Origin: the human T2T-CHM13v2.0 reference genome, Homo sapiens
Direction: 5' to 3' (one strand)
Length of the DNA: 64,000 bases
Assembly (NCBI RefSeq): GCF_009914755.1
Contig: NC_060932.1
The notes beneath the pieces are model-generated. The model worked only from the letters and a program-made list of their open reading frames with translations. It did no database searches and had not been told where the DNA came from. The position numbers and the translations under genes are program-made. Positions 1 to 14,000 of the stretch are shown here, piece after piece. Positions within the stretch are counted from its first letter, which is position 1; each line of letters opens with the position of its first letter.

Positions 1-3000
1 TGAGGAATTCTGGCATAAGAGAGGCCTCCTTGGGAGACTCCCAGCTTTCCCTGATGTCTCGCCACTTCCCCTCTCTGCCTGCCTCAACGTCACCCTGAGT
101 GACTGCCACCCGCCCACACCACCATTTGGCCCAGTCTTTGCTTGTGGGTTCTTTCTGCGAGAGACACAGGCACCCTGCTCCAAAAACTGGGGCTTTACTG
201 CCTTCTTGAGACAGTCCGAGAGGCTTCTGGGATGGGAGTGGCCTTTTTGGGAGGCTCTGAGAATTCCTTGTGGTCTTGCCACTTCTCCCCTCTGCCAGAC
301 TCAACGTCCCCCTGAATCCCTGCAGCCTGCCCATGCCACACTGTGGTGCTGTTTTTGCTGGTGGGAGCCTTCCACTAGAGACACAGCCACCCTGCTTCAA
401 AATCTGAAGTGTAGCATGCCTGGGACAGTCCTGGGGGCTTCTCGATGGGAGAGGCCTACTTGAAAGGCTCCCAGATTCCCTGCGGTCTCATTGCTTCTCC
501 CCTCTGCCAGCCTCAATGTCCTCCTGAATCCCTGTGGCCCGTGCATGCCACATTGGGGCCCCGTTTTTTTCTAGTGAGGGCTTTCTGCTAGAGACACAGG
601 CGCCCTGCCTGAAAATATGAAGCATTACAACATGTCTGGGACAGTTCTCGGTGCTTCTGGGATGGGAGAAGCCTCCTTGGGTGGCTCCCAGCATTCCCTG
701 TGGTCTCACTGCTTCTCCCCACTGCCTGTCTCAACGTTCTCCTGAGTCCCTACGGCATTCCTATGCCACCCTGGGGCCCCGTTTTGACATCTGGGGGCCT
801 TTCTCGAGAGACCCAGTCTCCCTGCTTCAAAAGCTGGGGTTTTACAACCTGCCCGGGATAGCCCTGTGGGCTTCTGCGATAGGAGAGTTCTCCTTGGGAG
901 GCTCAGTCATATCCTTTGGTCTCGCTGCATCTCCCTTCTGCCTCCCTCAACGTTCCTCTGAGTCTCTGTGGCTCGCCCAGGCCACCCTGCATCCCCATTT
1001 CGCTTGTGGGAACCTTCCTCGAGAAACACAGGCACACTGCTTCAATGCCTGGGGCTTTACAGCCTCCCCAGGACAGTCCTGGGGACTTCTGGGATGGGAG
1101 AAGCTGCCTCGGTAGGATCCCAGCATTCCCTTTGATTTCAACGCTTCCCCCCTCTGCCTGCCTCAACATCACCCTGAGTCCCTGCTGCCTGCCACGCCAC
1201 CATGCTGCCTCGTTTTCCTAGTGGGAGTCTTCCAGGAGAGACACAGGCACTCTACTTTGAAGCCTGGGGTTTACACCATGCCTAGGACATACCTGGTGGC
1301 TTCTGGGATGGAAGAGGGCTCCTTGGGATGCTCCCAGCATTCCCTGCGGTCTCACTGCTTTTCCCCTCTGCTTGCCACAACGTTCCCTTGGGAGGCTTCC
1401 AGCATTCCCTGCTGTCTCGGCGCTTTTCCCAGTTCCCGACCTCAACGTCCCCTGAGTTTCTACGGCTCTCCCAGGCCACCATGCTGCCACGTTTTCGCTT
1501 GTGGGGGCCTTGCTTGAGAGACACAGGCATGCTGCTCCCATGCCTGTGGCAGTACAACTCCTCTGGGACAGGCAGAGGGCTTCTGTGATGAAAGAGGGGT
1601 CATTGGGAGGCTCCCAGCATTCCTTCAGGTCTCACCACTTATCCCCTCTGACTGTGTTAACATCCCTTTGAGTCCCTGTGGCATGCCCAAGCCACACTGC
1701 AGCCCCGTTTTCACTTGTGGGAGCCTTCTGCCAGACACAGACAACCTGCTCTAAAGCCTGGGACTTTACAACCTGCCAAGGACATCCCAGGAGGCTTCTG
1801 AGATGTGAAAGGCCTTTTAGGGAGGTTCTTGGCATTCCCAGTGGTGTCGCCTCGTCTTCCCTCTGTCTGCCGCAATGTCCCTCTGAGAACCTGCCACTGC
1901 CCACGCCTCCTTACGGCCTCATTTTTGCTTGTGGGGGCTTTCTGCTAGAAACACTAGTAGCCTGCTTCAAAAACTGAAGCTTTCCAGCATGCCCGGGGAC
2001 AGTCCTGGGGCCTTCTGGGAGGAGAGAGGTCTCCTTGGGAGGCTCCCAGTACTCCCTGTGGTCTCGCCACTTCTACCCTCTGCCTGCCTCAAAGTTTCCT
2101 TGAGTCCCTGCGGCTCGCCCATGCCACGTTGCAGCTCTGTTGTCTCTTTGGTGGTCTTCCGAGAGAGATACAGGCACCCTGGTCCAAAGCCTGGGGACTT
2201 TGAGCCTATCCAGGACAGCCCTGAAGGTTTCTGGGAAAGAAGAGGCATCATTGGAAAACTGCCAGCATTCCTTGCAGTCTTGCTGCTTCTCCCCTTTGCC
2301 TCCCTCAACATCCCCCTGAGTCCCTGCGGCCTGCCCACACTACCCTGCGACCCAGTTTTCACTTGTTTGGGCCTTTTGTGAGAAACACAGACACCCTTCT
2401 CCAAAGCCTGGGGCTTTACAGTGCCCTCGGGACAGTCCTGGGGGCTTCTGGGAAGGGAGACGCCTTCTTGAGAGGCTCCCATCATTCCCTGTGGTTTTGG
2501 CACTTCCCTTTCTGCCTGCCTAAACGTCACCCTGAGTCCTTTCCACCCGCCCAGGCCACCCTTCCGCCACGTTTATGCTAGCATTTACACTAGTGGGGGC
2601 CTTCCACTAGAGACAAGGCACCCTGCTTTAAAACTTGAAACTTTACAGAACACCTGGGACAGTCCTGGGGGCTTCTGGTATGGGAAAGGACTCATTGATA
2701 GGCTTCCAGCATTTTGTGCGGTCTTGCTGCTTCTTCCCTCTGCCTGCCTCAACATCAACCTGAGTCTCCGTGGCTTGCCCAGGCCACCCTGCCTGCCTGT
2801 TTTCACTTGTAGGGGCCCTCTGTGAGAGACACAGGCACCCTGCTCCAAAGCCTAAGGCATTACAGTCCATCCAGGACAGACCAGGAAGCTTCTGGGATGG
2901 GAAAGTCGTCCTTGAGAGGTTCCCAGCATTCCCTGCCATCTCGCCATTTCTCCCTTCTGAATGCCTCAATATCTCCCTGAGTCCCTGAGGCATTCCCATG

Positions 3001-5026
3001 CCACCCTTCAGCCCGGTTGTTTCTTTTTTTGGGTTTTCCAGGAGAGACACAGGCACCCTGCTCCAAAGCCTGGGGCATTACAGTCTGTCCGGGACAAGCC
3101 AGGAGGCTTCTGGGATGAGACAGGCCTTCAGGAGAGGCTCCCAGCCTGCGGGCTAGCAGCTTCTTCCCTCTGCCTGCCTCAAAGTCCCCGTGAGTCCCTG
3201 TGGTCCACCCACGCCATGCTGCAGCTCCGTTTTTTGCTGGTGGAGGTCTTCCGCAAGAGACACAGGCATTCTGCTCCAAAGCCTGGTGCTTTACCGCCCA
3301 CCCAGAACAGATCCAGGAACTTTGGGATGGGACAGTCATCCTTGGGAGGCTCCCAGCATCCCTGTGGTCTCACTGCTTCTCCCCTCTGCCTGTTTCAACG
3401 TCACCCTGAGTCCCTGTGGCCCACCCACGTCACACTGCCTCCCCGTTTCTCACCTCTGCCTGTCTCAATGTCCCCCTGAGTCCCTGCAGCCCTCCAACAC
3501 CACCCTATGGCCCCATTTTTGCATATGAGGGCCTTCCTCAAGAAACACAGTTTCCCTACTACAAAGCCTCGGGCTTTACAACCTGCACGGGACAGCCCTG
3601 GGGGCTTATGGGATAAGAGAGGCCTCCAGGGAGGCTCCCAGCATTCCCTGCAAAGTCGCTGCTTCTCACCTTTGCCTGCCTCAATGTCCCCCTGAGTCCC
3701 TGCGGTCTGCCCATGTCACCCTGTGGCCCACCCACAAAATTCTGCGACCCTGTATTTGCTTGTGGGGGCCTTTGTGGGATACACAAGCACTCTGCTCCAA
3801 AACCCGAAGCTTTACAGCATACCTGAAACACACCGAAGTGCCTCTGGGATGGGAGATGCCTCCTTGGGACACACTCAGCATTCCCTGCAGTCTCACTGCT
3901 TCTCCCCTCTTCCTGCCTCAAAGTTCCCCTGAGTCCCTGTGGCCCTTCAACAGCACCCTGCCGCCCCGTTATTGCACGTTGGTGCCTTCAGCCAGAGGCA
4001 GCCTGCTCCAAGCCTGGGGCATTACAGCCCACCTGTGACAACCCTGGAGGCTTCTGGGATGGAAGAGGACTCCTTGGGAGGCTCCCAGCATTCCCTCTGG
4101 TCTCAATGCTTCTCCTCTCTGCCAGCCTCAACATCCCCCTGAGTCACTGCGGCCCGCCAGTGGCAACATACAACCCGCCCGCCCCACACTGAAGCCCTGT
4201 TTTCTCTTGTGGGTGCTTTTTGCAAGAGACACAGGCACCCTGTTCCAAAGCCTGGTGCTTTACATTCCAGCCGGGACAGTACCGTGGGCTTCTAGGATGG
4301 GATAGGCCCCTTTGGGAGGCTCCTAGCATTCCCTGCAGTCTCGTGGTTTCCCCCCTGCCTACCTCAACATCCCCCTGAGTCCCTGTGGCCCGCCCACACC
4401 ATCCTACCGCCCTATTGTCTTTTTTGGGAGTCTTCCTTGAGAGAGGAAGGCACCCTGCACCGAAGACTGGGGCTTTACAGCCCGCCCAGGACAGCCCTGG
4501 GAGCTTCTCAGATGGGAAAGACCTCCTTGGGAGGTTCCCAGCGTTCCCTATGGTCTGGCCGCTCCTCCCCACTGCCTGCCTCTACATCACCCTGAGTCCC
4601 TGCAGCCTGACCGTGCCACCCTGCGGCCCACCCACACCACCTTGCGACCCCATTTTTGCTTGTGGAGGTCTTTTGCGAGAGACACAGGCACACTGCTCCA
4701 AAGCCTAGGTCTTTACAGCCCCCACGGCACAGTGCTGGGCACTTCTGGGATGGGAGAGACCTCCTTGGAAAGCTCCTAGCATTCCCTGCAGTCTCACCGC
4801 TTTCCCCTCTCCCTGCCTCAACGTCACCATGAAGCCCTGACACCGCCCACACCACCTTGCTGCCTCGTTTTCGCTAGGGGTCCTTCTGCTAGAGACACAG
4901 GCACCCTGCTTCAAAACCTGAAGATGTACAGCATGCCCAGGACAGACTTGTGGGTTTCTGGAAGGGAGAGGCATCCTTGGGAGGCTCCCAGCATTCCATT
5001 CAGTCTCGCTGCTTCACCCCTCTGCC
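1..5026 (-). repeat. Satellite domain 1: ~23 monomers, G-rich strand on minus
   Basis: Plus strand reads the reverse complement of the monomer (e.g. CCCAGCATTCCCTG, CTCCCCTCTGCCTGCCTCAA, GAGACACAGGCACCCTGCTCCAAAGCCTGGGG) up to ...CACCCCTCTGCC at 5026. Confidence 0.95.
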
Positions 5027-8000
5027 ACAGGGATTTAGGGGGACATTGAGGCAGGCAAAGGGGAGAAGCAGCGAGACTGCAGGGAATGCTGAGAGCCTCC
5101 CAAGGATGCCTCTTCCATCCTAAAAACCTCCAGGGCTGTTGTGGGCAGGCTGTAAAGTCCCAGGCTTGGAATAGGGTGCCTATATCTCTCGCTGAAGGCG
5201 ACCACTTGCAAAAACGGGGAAGCAGGGTGGCGTTGGAGGGACACAGGGACTCAGGGGGACATCGAGGCAGACAGAGAGGAGAAGTGGGGAGACTGCCGGG
5301 AATGCTGCAAGCATCCCAGTGAGACCTCTCCCAACCCAGAGACACCCAGGTGTGTCCAGGGCAGGCTGTAAAGCCCCAGGCTTCAAAGCAGGGTGTCTGT
5401 CTCTCATGGAAGGCCCCCACAAGCAAAAACGGGGCCACAGGGTGGCTTAGGTGGGCTGCAGTTACTCAGGGTGATGTTGAGGTAGGCAAAGGGAGCTTCC
5501 CCAGGATGCCCCCCCAATTTCAGAAGCCCCCAGGACTTCCCAGAGCATGCTGTAAAGCTTCAAGTTTTGAAGCAGGGTGCCTGTGTCTCTAGTGGAAGCC
5601 CCTCACTAGCGAACACGGGGCTGCAGGGTGGCGTGGGCGAGTGGCAAGGACTCAGGGAGACTTTGAGTCAGGCAGATGGGGAAGTGACGAGACAGCAGGG
5701 AATGCTGGGAGCCTTCCAAGGAGGCCCCATCCCATCCCGGAAGCCCCCAAACTGTCCCAGGGGGCTGTAAAGCCCCAGGTTTTGAAGCAGGGTGCCTGTG
5801 TCTTTCGCAAAAGGCCCCACACGCAAAAACAGGGATGCAGAATTGTGTAGGCAAGTCGCAGAGTGGCGTGGGTGGGCTGCAGGGACACAGGGGAATGTTG
5901 AGGCAGGCAAAGGAGAGAAGCGGAAAGATTGCAGAAAATTATGGGAGCCTCCGAAAAAGGCCTCTCTCATTTTGGAAACCCTCAATGGTGTCCCGTGCAG
6001 GTTGTAAAGCCTGAGGCTTTGGAGCAGGGATCCTGTGTCCACCACAGAAGGCCACCACAAGCAAAAAAGAGGCCGTAGGGTGGTGTGGGCGGGCGGCAGG
6101 GACTCAGGGTGACGTTGAACCAGGCAGAGGAGAGAAGGCGCAAGACTGCAGGAAACTCTGGGGTCCACCCAAGGAGGCCTCTTCCATCCCAGAAGCCCCT
6201 AGGACTGCCTCGGGCCTGTTGTAATGACTTAGGTTTTGAAGTAGTGTGACTGTGTCTTTAGCAGAAAGCCCCCACTAGCGAAAATGGAGCCGGATTGTGG
6301 AGTGCACAGGCTGCAGGGACTCAGAAGGACGTTGAGACCGGCAGACGGAAGAAGCAGCGAGATCGCAGGGAATGCTAGGAGCCTACCAAGGACCTCTCCC
6401 ATTTCAGAAGTCCCCAGGACTGTCTTGGGCGGGCTGTAAAGTTCCAGGCTTTGGAGCACTGTGCCTGTGGTTCTCACAAAAGGCCTAAACAAGTGAAAAC
6501 AGGGCTGCAGCGTGGCTTGGGCACACCACAGGGTGGCATGGGTGGGACTCAGGGTGGTGTAGGCTGGTGACAGAAACTCAGGGTGACATTGAGTCAGGGA
6601 GAGGGCAGAAGTGGTGAGATGGCTGTGAATGCAGGGAGCCTCCCAAGGAGGCCTCTTTCATCCCAGAGGCCCATAGGACTGTCCCAGGCGTGCATAAAGC
6701 TTCAGGTTTTGAAGCAGTGTGCCTGTGTCTCCCACGGAAAGCCCCAACAAGCAAAAACGAGGCCGTAGAGTGGCGTGGGCAAGCTGCGGGGACTCAGAGG
6801 GATGTTGAGGCAGACAGACGGGAGACAGGACGACACCGCATGGAGTCCTGGTAGCCTCCCTAAAAGGCATCTCCCATCCCAGAAGCCCCCAGGGCTGTCC
6901 CTGGAGGACTGCAAAGCAACATCCTTTAAAGCAGATTGCCTGTGTTTCTCATGGAAGGCCTCCACAAACAAAAACGGGGCTGCAGTGTGGCATGCGTGGG
7001 AAAGCCATAGGGACTCACGGGGACGTTGAGGCAGGAAGAAGAGAGAAACAGCGAAACTGCTGGAAATGCTTGTAGCCTCCCCTGGAGGCCTCTCCCATTC
7101 CAGAGGCCCCCTGGGCTGTGCCAAGAGGGGTGCAAAGCCTCAGGCTTTTGAGCAGAGTGCCTGTGTCTCTCGAAAAAGGCTTCCACCAACCAAAACGGGG
7201 CCGTGGTGCGGCATAGGTGGGCAGCAGGTACTCAGGGGGATGTTAAGACAGGCAGAGGGGAGAAGCAGCAAGACTGCAGGCAATGCTGGGAGCCTCTCAA
7301 GGATGCCTCTCCCATCCCAGAAGTCCCCAGGACTGTCCCAGGAAGGCTGTAACATTCCTGGTTTTGGAGCGGGTTGCCTGTGGTTCTTGCAAAAGGCCCA
7401 AACAAGTGAAAACATGGCCAAAAAGTGGCATGGAAAGGCCAGAGGGTGGGCTGGGCTTGTGGCAGGTACTCAGTGTGAAGTTGAGTCCGGCAGAGGGGAG
7501 AAGTGGCGAGACCGCAGGGAATGCAGGGAGCCTCCCATTGAGGCCACTCCCATCTCAAAAGTCCCAGGATTTTCCCAGGAGTGCTGTAAAATTTCAGGTT
7601 TTGAATCAGGGTGCCTGTGTCTCTAGCGGAAGTACTGCACTAGCGAAAGAGGGGCCTCAGGGTCGCGTGGACAGGTAGCAGGAACTCATGGTGACGTTAA
7701 GGCAGGCAGAGGGGGAAGTGGTGTGACTGAAGGGAATGCAGGCAGCCTCCCAAGGGGGCCTCTCTTATCCCAGAAGCCCCGGGGACTGTCCTGGGTGCAC
7801 TGTATCGCCACAGGCTTCGGAACTGTGTGCCTGTGTCTCTCGCAAAAAGCCCCCATAAGCAAAAACGGGGACGCACGGTGGTGTGTGCAGGTGGCAGGGA
7901 CTCAGGGTGACGTTGACCCAGGTAGTGGGGAGAAGCGGCAACACCGCAGGGAATGCTGGGAGCCTCTCAAGGAGGCCTCTCCCATCCCAGAAGCCCCCAG

Positions 8001-11000
8001 GACCGTACCAGGCATGCTGTAAACCTTTGGAGCAGGGTGCCTGTATCTCCAGCGGAAGACCTCCACTAGCAAAAATAGGGCTGCAGGGTGGCGTGGGCAG
8101 GTGGAAAAGGCTCAGTGTGAGGTTGAGGCAGGCAGAGGGGAAAGTGGTGAGACCACAGGGAATGCTGGGAGCCTCCCAATAACGCATCTCCCATCCCAGA
8201 AGCCCCAGGACTATTCCAGGCGGGCTGTAGTGCCCCGAGCTTTGAAGCAAGATGCCTGCATCACTCGCAAAAAGCCACCACAAGTGAAAACAGGTCCGCA
8301 GAGTGGCGCGAGCGGGCAACAGGGCGGTGTGGGCAGGTCACAGGGGCTTAGGGGGATGTTAAGGCAGGCAAACAGACGTGGCGAGAACTCAGGGAATGTT
8401 GGGAGCCTCCCAACAAGGACTCCCCAATGCAGAAGCACCCAGGACTGTCCCAAGTGTGCTGGAATGCTTCAGGTTTTGAAGCAGGGTGACTGTGTCTCTA
8501 GTAGAAGGCCCACAACAGTGAAAACAGAGCTGCAGTGTGGCTTGGGTGGGCCTTAGAAACTCAGGGGGACGTTGAAGCCTGCAGAGGGGGAAGGAACGAG
8601 AACACAGGAAATGCTGGGAGCCTCCCAAGAATGCCTCTCTTATCCCAGAATCCCCCAGGACTGTTCTGGGCATTCTGTAAAGCTTCAGGCTTTGAAGCAG
8701 GGTTCATGTGTCTCTCTCAGAAAGCCCCCACTAGCGAAAACTAGGCTGAAGCATGGCGTGAGCAAGCCACAGGGATTCATGGGGTCATTGAGGCAGACAG
8801 AGGGGAGACACGGCGATACCGTAGGGAATGCTGGAAACTTCCATGAAAGACATCTCATATCCTAGAAGTCCCAGGGTTGTCCCGGGTGGGCTGTAAGGCA
8901 CCAGGCTTTGGGGCAGAGTGCCTGTATCTCTCGTGGAAGGCCTTGACAAGCAAAAACGGGGCCGCAGGGTGGCGAGGGCAGGCCACAGAAACCCACTGGG
9001 ACGTTGAGGCAGGAAGAGCAAATAAGCAGCAAGACTGCAGGGAATGCTGGTAGTCTAAGGATGCCTCTCCCGTCGCGAAAGCCCCCTGAGCTGTCCTGGG
9101 AGGGCTGAAAACCCCAGGCTTTGGAGCAGAGTGCCAGTGTCTCCCACGGAATGCCCCCATTAGCAAAAAAGGGGCCGCGGGGTGGCGTGGGAGAGTGGCC
9201 GGGACTCAGGGTGACTTTGAGGCAAACAGAAGAGGAAGTGGTTAGACTGCAGGGAATCCTGGGAGCCTGCCAAGGAATCCTCTTCCATCCCAGAACATGG
9301 TACTGTCCTGGGTGGGATGTAAAGACCCAGGCTTTGCAGCAGTGTGCCTGTGTCTCTCGCTAAAATCCCCCACAAGTGAAAACAGGGCTGCAGGGTGACA
9401 TGGGTGGGCCACAGAGACTTAGGGAGACGTTGAGGGAGGCAGAGGGGAGAAACGGTGAGAACGCAGGGAATGCTGGGAGCCTCCCAAGGACGCCTTTCCC
9501 ATCCCAGAGGCCCCCAGTTGTGTCGCCGGCAGGCTACACAGCCCCAGGCTTCGGAGCAGGGTGCCTGTGTCTCTCGCAGAAAGCACCCACAAGAATAACA
9601 GGGCCGCAGGGTCGCGTTAGAGAGCGGCAGTGACTCAGGGTAACCTTGAGGCAGGTAGAGTGGGGAAGCGGCGAAATCAAAGAAAATGCTGGGAGCCTCC
9701 CAAGGAGGCCTCTCCATCCCAGAAGCACACAGGACTGTCCAGGGTGTGCTGTAAAGCTTCAGGTTTTGAAGCAGGGTGACTGTGCCTCTAGCGGAAGGTC
9801 CCCACTAGCGAAATAGGGGCCGTAGGGTGGCATGGGTGAACCTCAGAAACTCAGGGAGACATTGAGCTGTGCAGAGTGGAAAAGCGTCAACACAGCAGGG
9901 AATGTTGGGAACATTCCAAGGAGACCTCTCCAATCCCAGAAGCCCTCAGGGCTGTCTGGGCACGCTGAAAAGCACTAGTCTTTGGAGCAGAGTGCCTGTG
10001 TCTCACACGGAAAGCCCCTGAAAGTGAAAACGTGGCTGTAGGGTAGCATGGGCCAGCTTCAGGGATTCAGGGGAACATTGACTCAGACAGAGGGTAGACT
10101 CGGCAACACTGCAGGAATGCTGGGAGCCTCCTTAAAAGGCCTCTTCCATCCCAGAAGCCCCCAGTGCTGCCCCAGGCCGGCAGTGAAGCCCAAGGCTTTG
10201 GAGCAGGGTGTCTATGTCGGTCGCGGAAAGCCTCCACACACAAAAACAGGGCCACAGGATGGCGTGGGAGGGCCGCAGGAACTCAGGAGGACGTTGAGGC
10301 AGGCAGAGGGAAGAAGCGGTGAGAACCCAGGGAATGCTGGGAACGCCCCAAAAATGCCTCTGCCATACCAGAAGCCCCCAAACCTATCCCCAGCAGGCTA
10401 TAAAGCCCCAGGCATCAATGAAGCGTGCCTGTGTCTTTCACGGAAGGCCCCACAAGCGAAAACGGTGCCGCATATAGGAGTGGGTGTGCAGCATGGACTC
10501 AGGGTGACACTGAGGCAGGCAGACGTTGGAAGCGGCTAGATTGCAGGGAATGCTGGGAGCCTCCCAAAGAGGCCTCTCACATCCCAAAAGTCCCCAGGAC
10601 TGTTTCTGGTGGGCTGTAAAGCCCCAGGCTTTGGAGCAGGGTACCTGTGTTTCTCGCAAAAAGCCCAAACAAGCAAAAACAGGGCTGCAGTGTAGCGTGG
10701 GTGATCCTCATAGTGGCGTGGGTGGGACTCAGGGGTTCAGGGCGACATTGAGGCAGGCAGAGGGGAGAAGCGGCAAGACCACAGGGAATGCTGGCAGCCT
10801 CCCAAGGACGCCTATCCCATCTCAGAAGGCCCCAGGGCTGTCTCGGACTGGCTGTAATGCCCCAGGCTTTGGAGCAGGGTGCATGTGTCTCTTGGGGAAG
10901 AATCCCAAAAGACACAATAGGGAAGCAGGTTGGCATGAGCGGGTGGAGGGGATTCAGGGGGACGTTGAGGCTGGCAGAGGGGAGAAATGGCGAGACCTCA

Positions 11001-14000
11001 GGAAATGAAGGGAGCCTCCCAAGGAAGCCTCTGTCATCCCAGAAACCCCCAGGTCCATCCCAAATGGGCTGTAATGCCCCAGGCTTTCGAGCAGGGTGCC
11101 TGTGTTTCTTTTGGAAGGTCCCCACAAGTGAAAACAGGGATGCTGGGTGGGGTGGTCGGCCGTCAGGGACTCAGGTTGACGAGGCAGGCACAGGAGAGAA
11201 GGGGCGAGACAGCAGGGAATGCTGGGAGCCTCCCAAGGAGGCCTCTCCCATCCCAGAAGTCCCCAGGACTGTTCTGAGTGGGCTGTAAAACCCCAGGCTT
11301 AGAAGCGTCATGCCTGTGTTTTTCCCAAAAGTCCCAAACAAGGGAAAACAGGGCTGCAGTGTGGCGCGGACGGGCTGCAGAGTGCATTGTTGGGCTGCAG
11401 CGACTCAGGGGGACGTTGAGGCAGGCAGAGCGAAGAAGCAGCGAGACCACAGGGAATTCCGGGTGCCTCCCAAGGACATCTCTCCCAACCCAGAAGCCTT
11501 CAGGGCTGTCCTGGAAGGGCTGTAATGTCCCAGGCTTTGGAGGAGGGTGCCTGTGCCTCTTGCCGAAGAATCCGAAAAGGCACAACGGGGCATCAGGGTG
11601 GCATAGGTGGGCCTCAGGGACTCAGGGAGATGTTGAGACCGGCAGAGGGGAGAAGGGACAAGAATGCAGGGAATGCTGGGAGCCTCCCAAGGAAGCCTCT
11701 CCCATCCCAGAATCCCCCAAGGCTGTCCTGGGCAGACTGTAAAGACCCAGGCTTTAAAGCAGGGTGCCTGTGTCTCTAGCGGAAGGCCCCCACTAGCAAA
11801 AACAGGAGGCAGGGTGACGAGGGTGGGCCGCAGGAACTGAGGGGGACATTGAATCATGCAGAGGGGAGAGGCGTTGAGACCACAGGGGATATTGAGAGCA
11901 ACCTAAGGAAGCTTCTCCCAGCCCAGAAGTCCTCTGGGCTGTCCCAAGCATGCTGTAAAGCCCTAGGCTTTGAAGCAGGGTCCCTGTGTCTCTCGTGGAA
12001 AGTGCCCACAAGCAAAAACGAGGCTGTAGGGTGGCATCGGCAAACCACAGGGAAACAGGGATCCTCCCCTGGAGGCCTCTCTTATCCCAGACGCCCTGTG
12101 GGTTGTCCCGGGTGGGCTGTAAAGCCCCAGGCTTTAGAGAAGCGTGCCTGTGTCCCTAGAGGAAGGCTCCCACAAGGGAAATCAGGGACTCAGTGTGGCG
12201 TGGGAGGGACACTAGGACTCAGAGGGACGTTGAGTCAAGCAGAGGGGAAAAGCTGGAGGTCCCAGGGAATGCTGGGAGCCTCCCCTGGGGTCCTCTCCCA
12301 TCCCAGAAGCACCCAGGGCTGTTCCACACAGGCTATAATGCCCCAGTCTTTGGAGCAGGGTGCCTGTGACTCTCGTGGAAGATCCCCAAAAGAGACAACG
12401 GGGTGTCAAGGTCGGGTGGGCGGGCCGCATGGTCTCAGGGGGATGTTAAAGCCAGCAAAGGGGAGAAGTGCTGAGACTGCAGGAAAAGCTGGGAGCCTCC
12501 CAAGGACGCCTATTCTATTCCAGAAGTCCATAGGACTGTCCCAGGAGTGCTGTCTTGCTGCAGGTTTTGAAGCAAGGTGCCTGTGTCTCTACCAGAAGGC
12601 CTCCACAAGCAAAAACGGGACCGCAGTGTGGTGTGGGCAGGCCGCAGGGACTCAGGGTGACCTTGAGGTTGGCAGAGGGGAGAAGCGGCGACACTGCAGC
12701 GAATGCTGGGAGCCTCCCAAGGATGCCTCTTCCATCCCAGAAGCCCCCAGTTCTGTTCCGGGCATGCTGTAATGCTTCAGGTTTTGATGCGGCGTTCCTG
12801 TGTCTTTAGCAGAAGGCTCCCAAAAGCGAAAACGGGGCCGCAGTATGGCATAAGCATGTCCCCGGGACTCAGGGGGAGGTTGAGACCTGCAGAGGAAGGA
12901 AGCGGCGAGATCACAGGGAATGCTGGGAGACTAACAAGAAGGCGTCTCCCATACCAGAAGCCTCCAGGGCTGTCCTGGGCATACTGTAAAGCCCCAGGCT
13001 TTGTAGCAGGGTTTTCTTGTCTGTCGTGGAAGACCCCGATGTACAAAAACGGGGCCGCAGTGTGGTGTGGGAGAGCCACAGGGACTCAAAGGGACGTTGA
13101 GGCAGGCAGAGGTGAGAGGCGATGAGATCCCAGGAAATGCTGGGAGCGTCCAAAGGAGGCCTCTCCCTTCCCAGAAGCCCCAAGGTGTGTCCCAGGCAGC
13201 CTGTAAAGCCTCAGGCTTCAGAGAAGAGTGCCAGTGTCTCTTGCAGAAGGCCCACACAAGCGAAAACGGGGCGCAATGCGTGGGCGGGAGGCAGGGATTC
13301 AGGATGATGTTGAGGCAGGTTTGTGGGGGAGCAGCAAAAACGGGGCAGCACAGTGGAGTGGGCGGGCAGCAGGGTGCGTGGGAGAACCGCAGGGACTCAG
13401 GGGGATGTTAAGGCAGGCAGAGGAAAGCAGCGGTGAGATCACAGGAAAGGCTGGAGCCTCCCAAGGACGCTTTTTCCCTCTCAGAATCCACCAGGGCTAT
13501 CCCTGACGGGCTGTAATGCCCCACTCTTTGCAGCAGGGTGCCTGTGTCTCTCACGGAAGACCCCAAAGAGACAACGAGCAGCCGGGTGGCGTGGCCAGCT
13601 GCAGAGACTCAGGGAGACGTTGAGGCAGGCAGAGGGGAGAAGTGGAGACATGCAGGGAATGCTGGGAGCCTCACAAGCCTCTCCTATCCCAGAAGCTTCC
13701 AGGTCTGTTTTTGACGAGCTGTAGTGCCTCAGGCTTTGGAGCACGGTGACTGTGTCTCTGAGGGAAGACCCCCACATATGAAAACCGAACAGCAGAGTGG
13801 CCTGGCCGAGCCGCAGGGGCTAAGTCGAACGTTGAGGAAGGCAGAGGGGAGAAGAGGCAAGACGGCAGGAAATGTTGGAAGCCTTAGAAGGGGGCCTCTC
13901 CCATCCCAAAATCCCACAATGCTCTCACGGGAGGGCTGTAAAGATGCAGTCTTTAGAGCAGGGTGCCTGTATCTCTCGTGGAAGTACCCCAAAAGCAAAA

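Noticed and set aside
4700-5350. Stable cruciform or recent fold-back duplication at the 5025 junction
   Set aside because: The arms are diverged and of different monomer subtypes, so extensive perfect pairing is not available.
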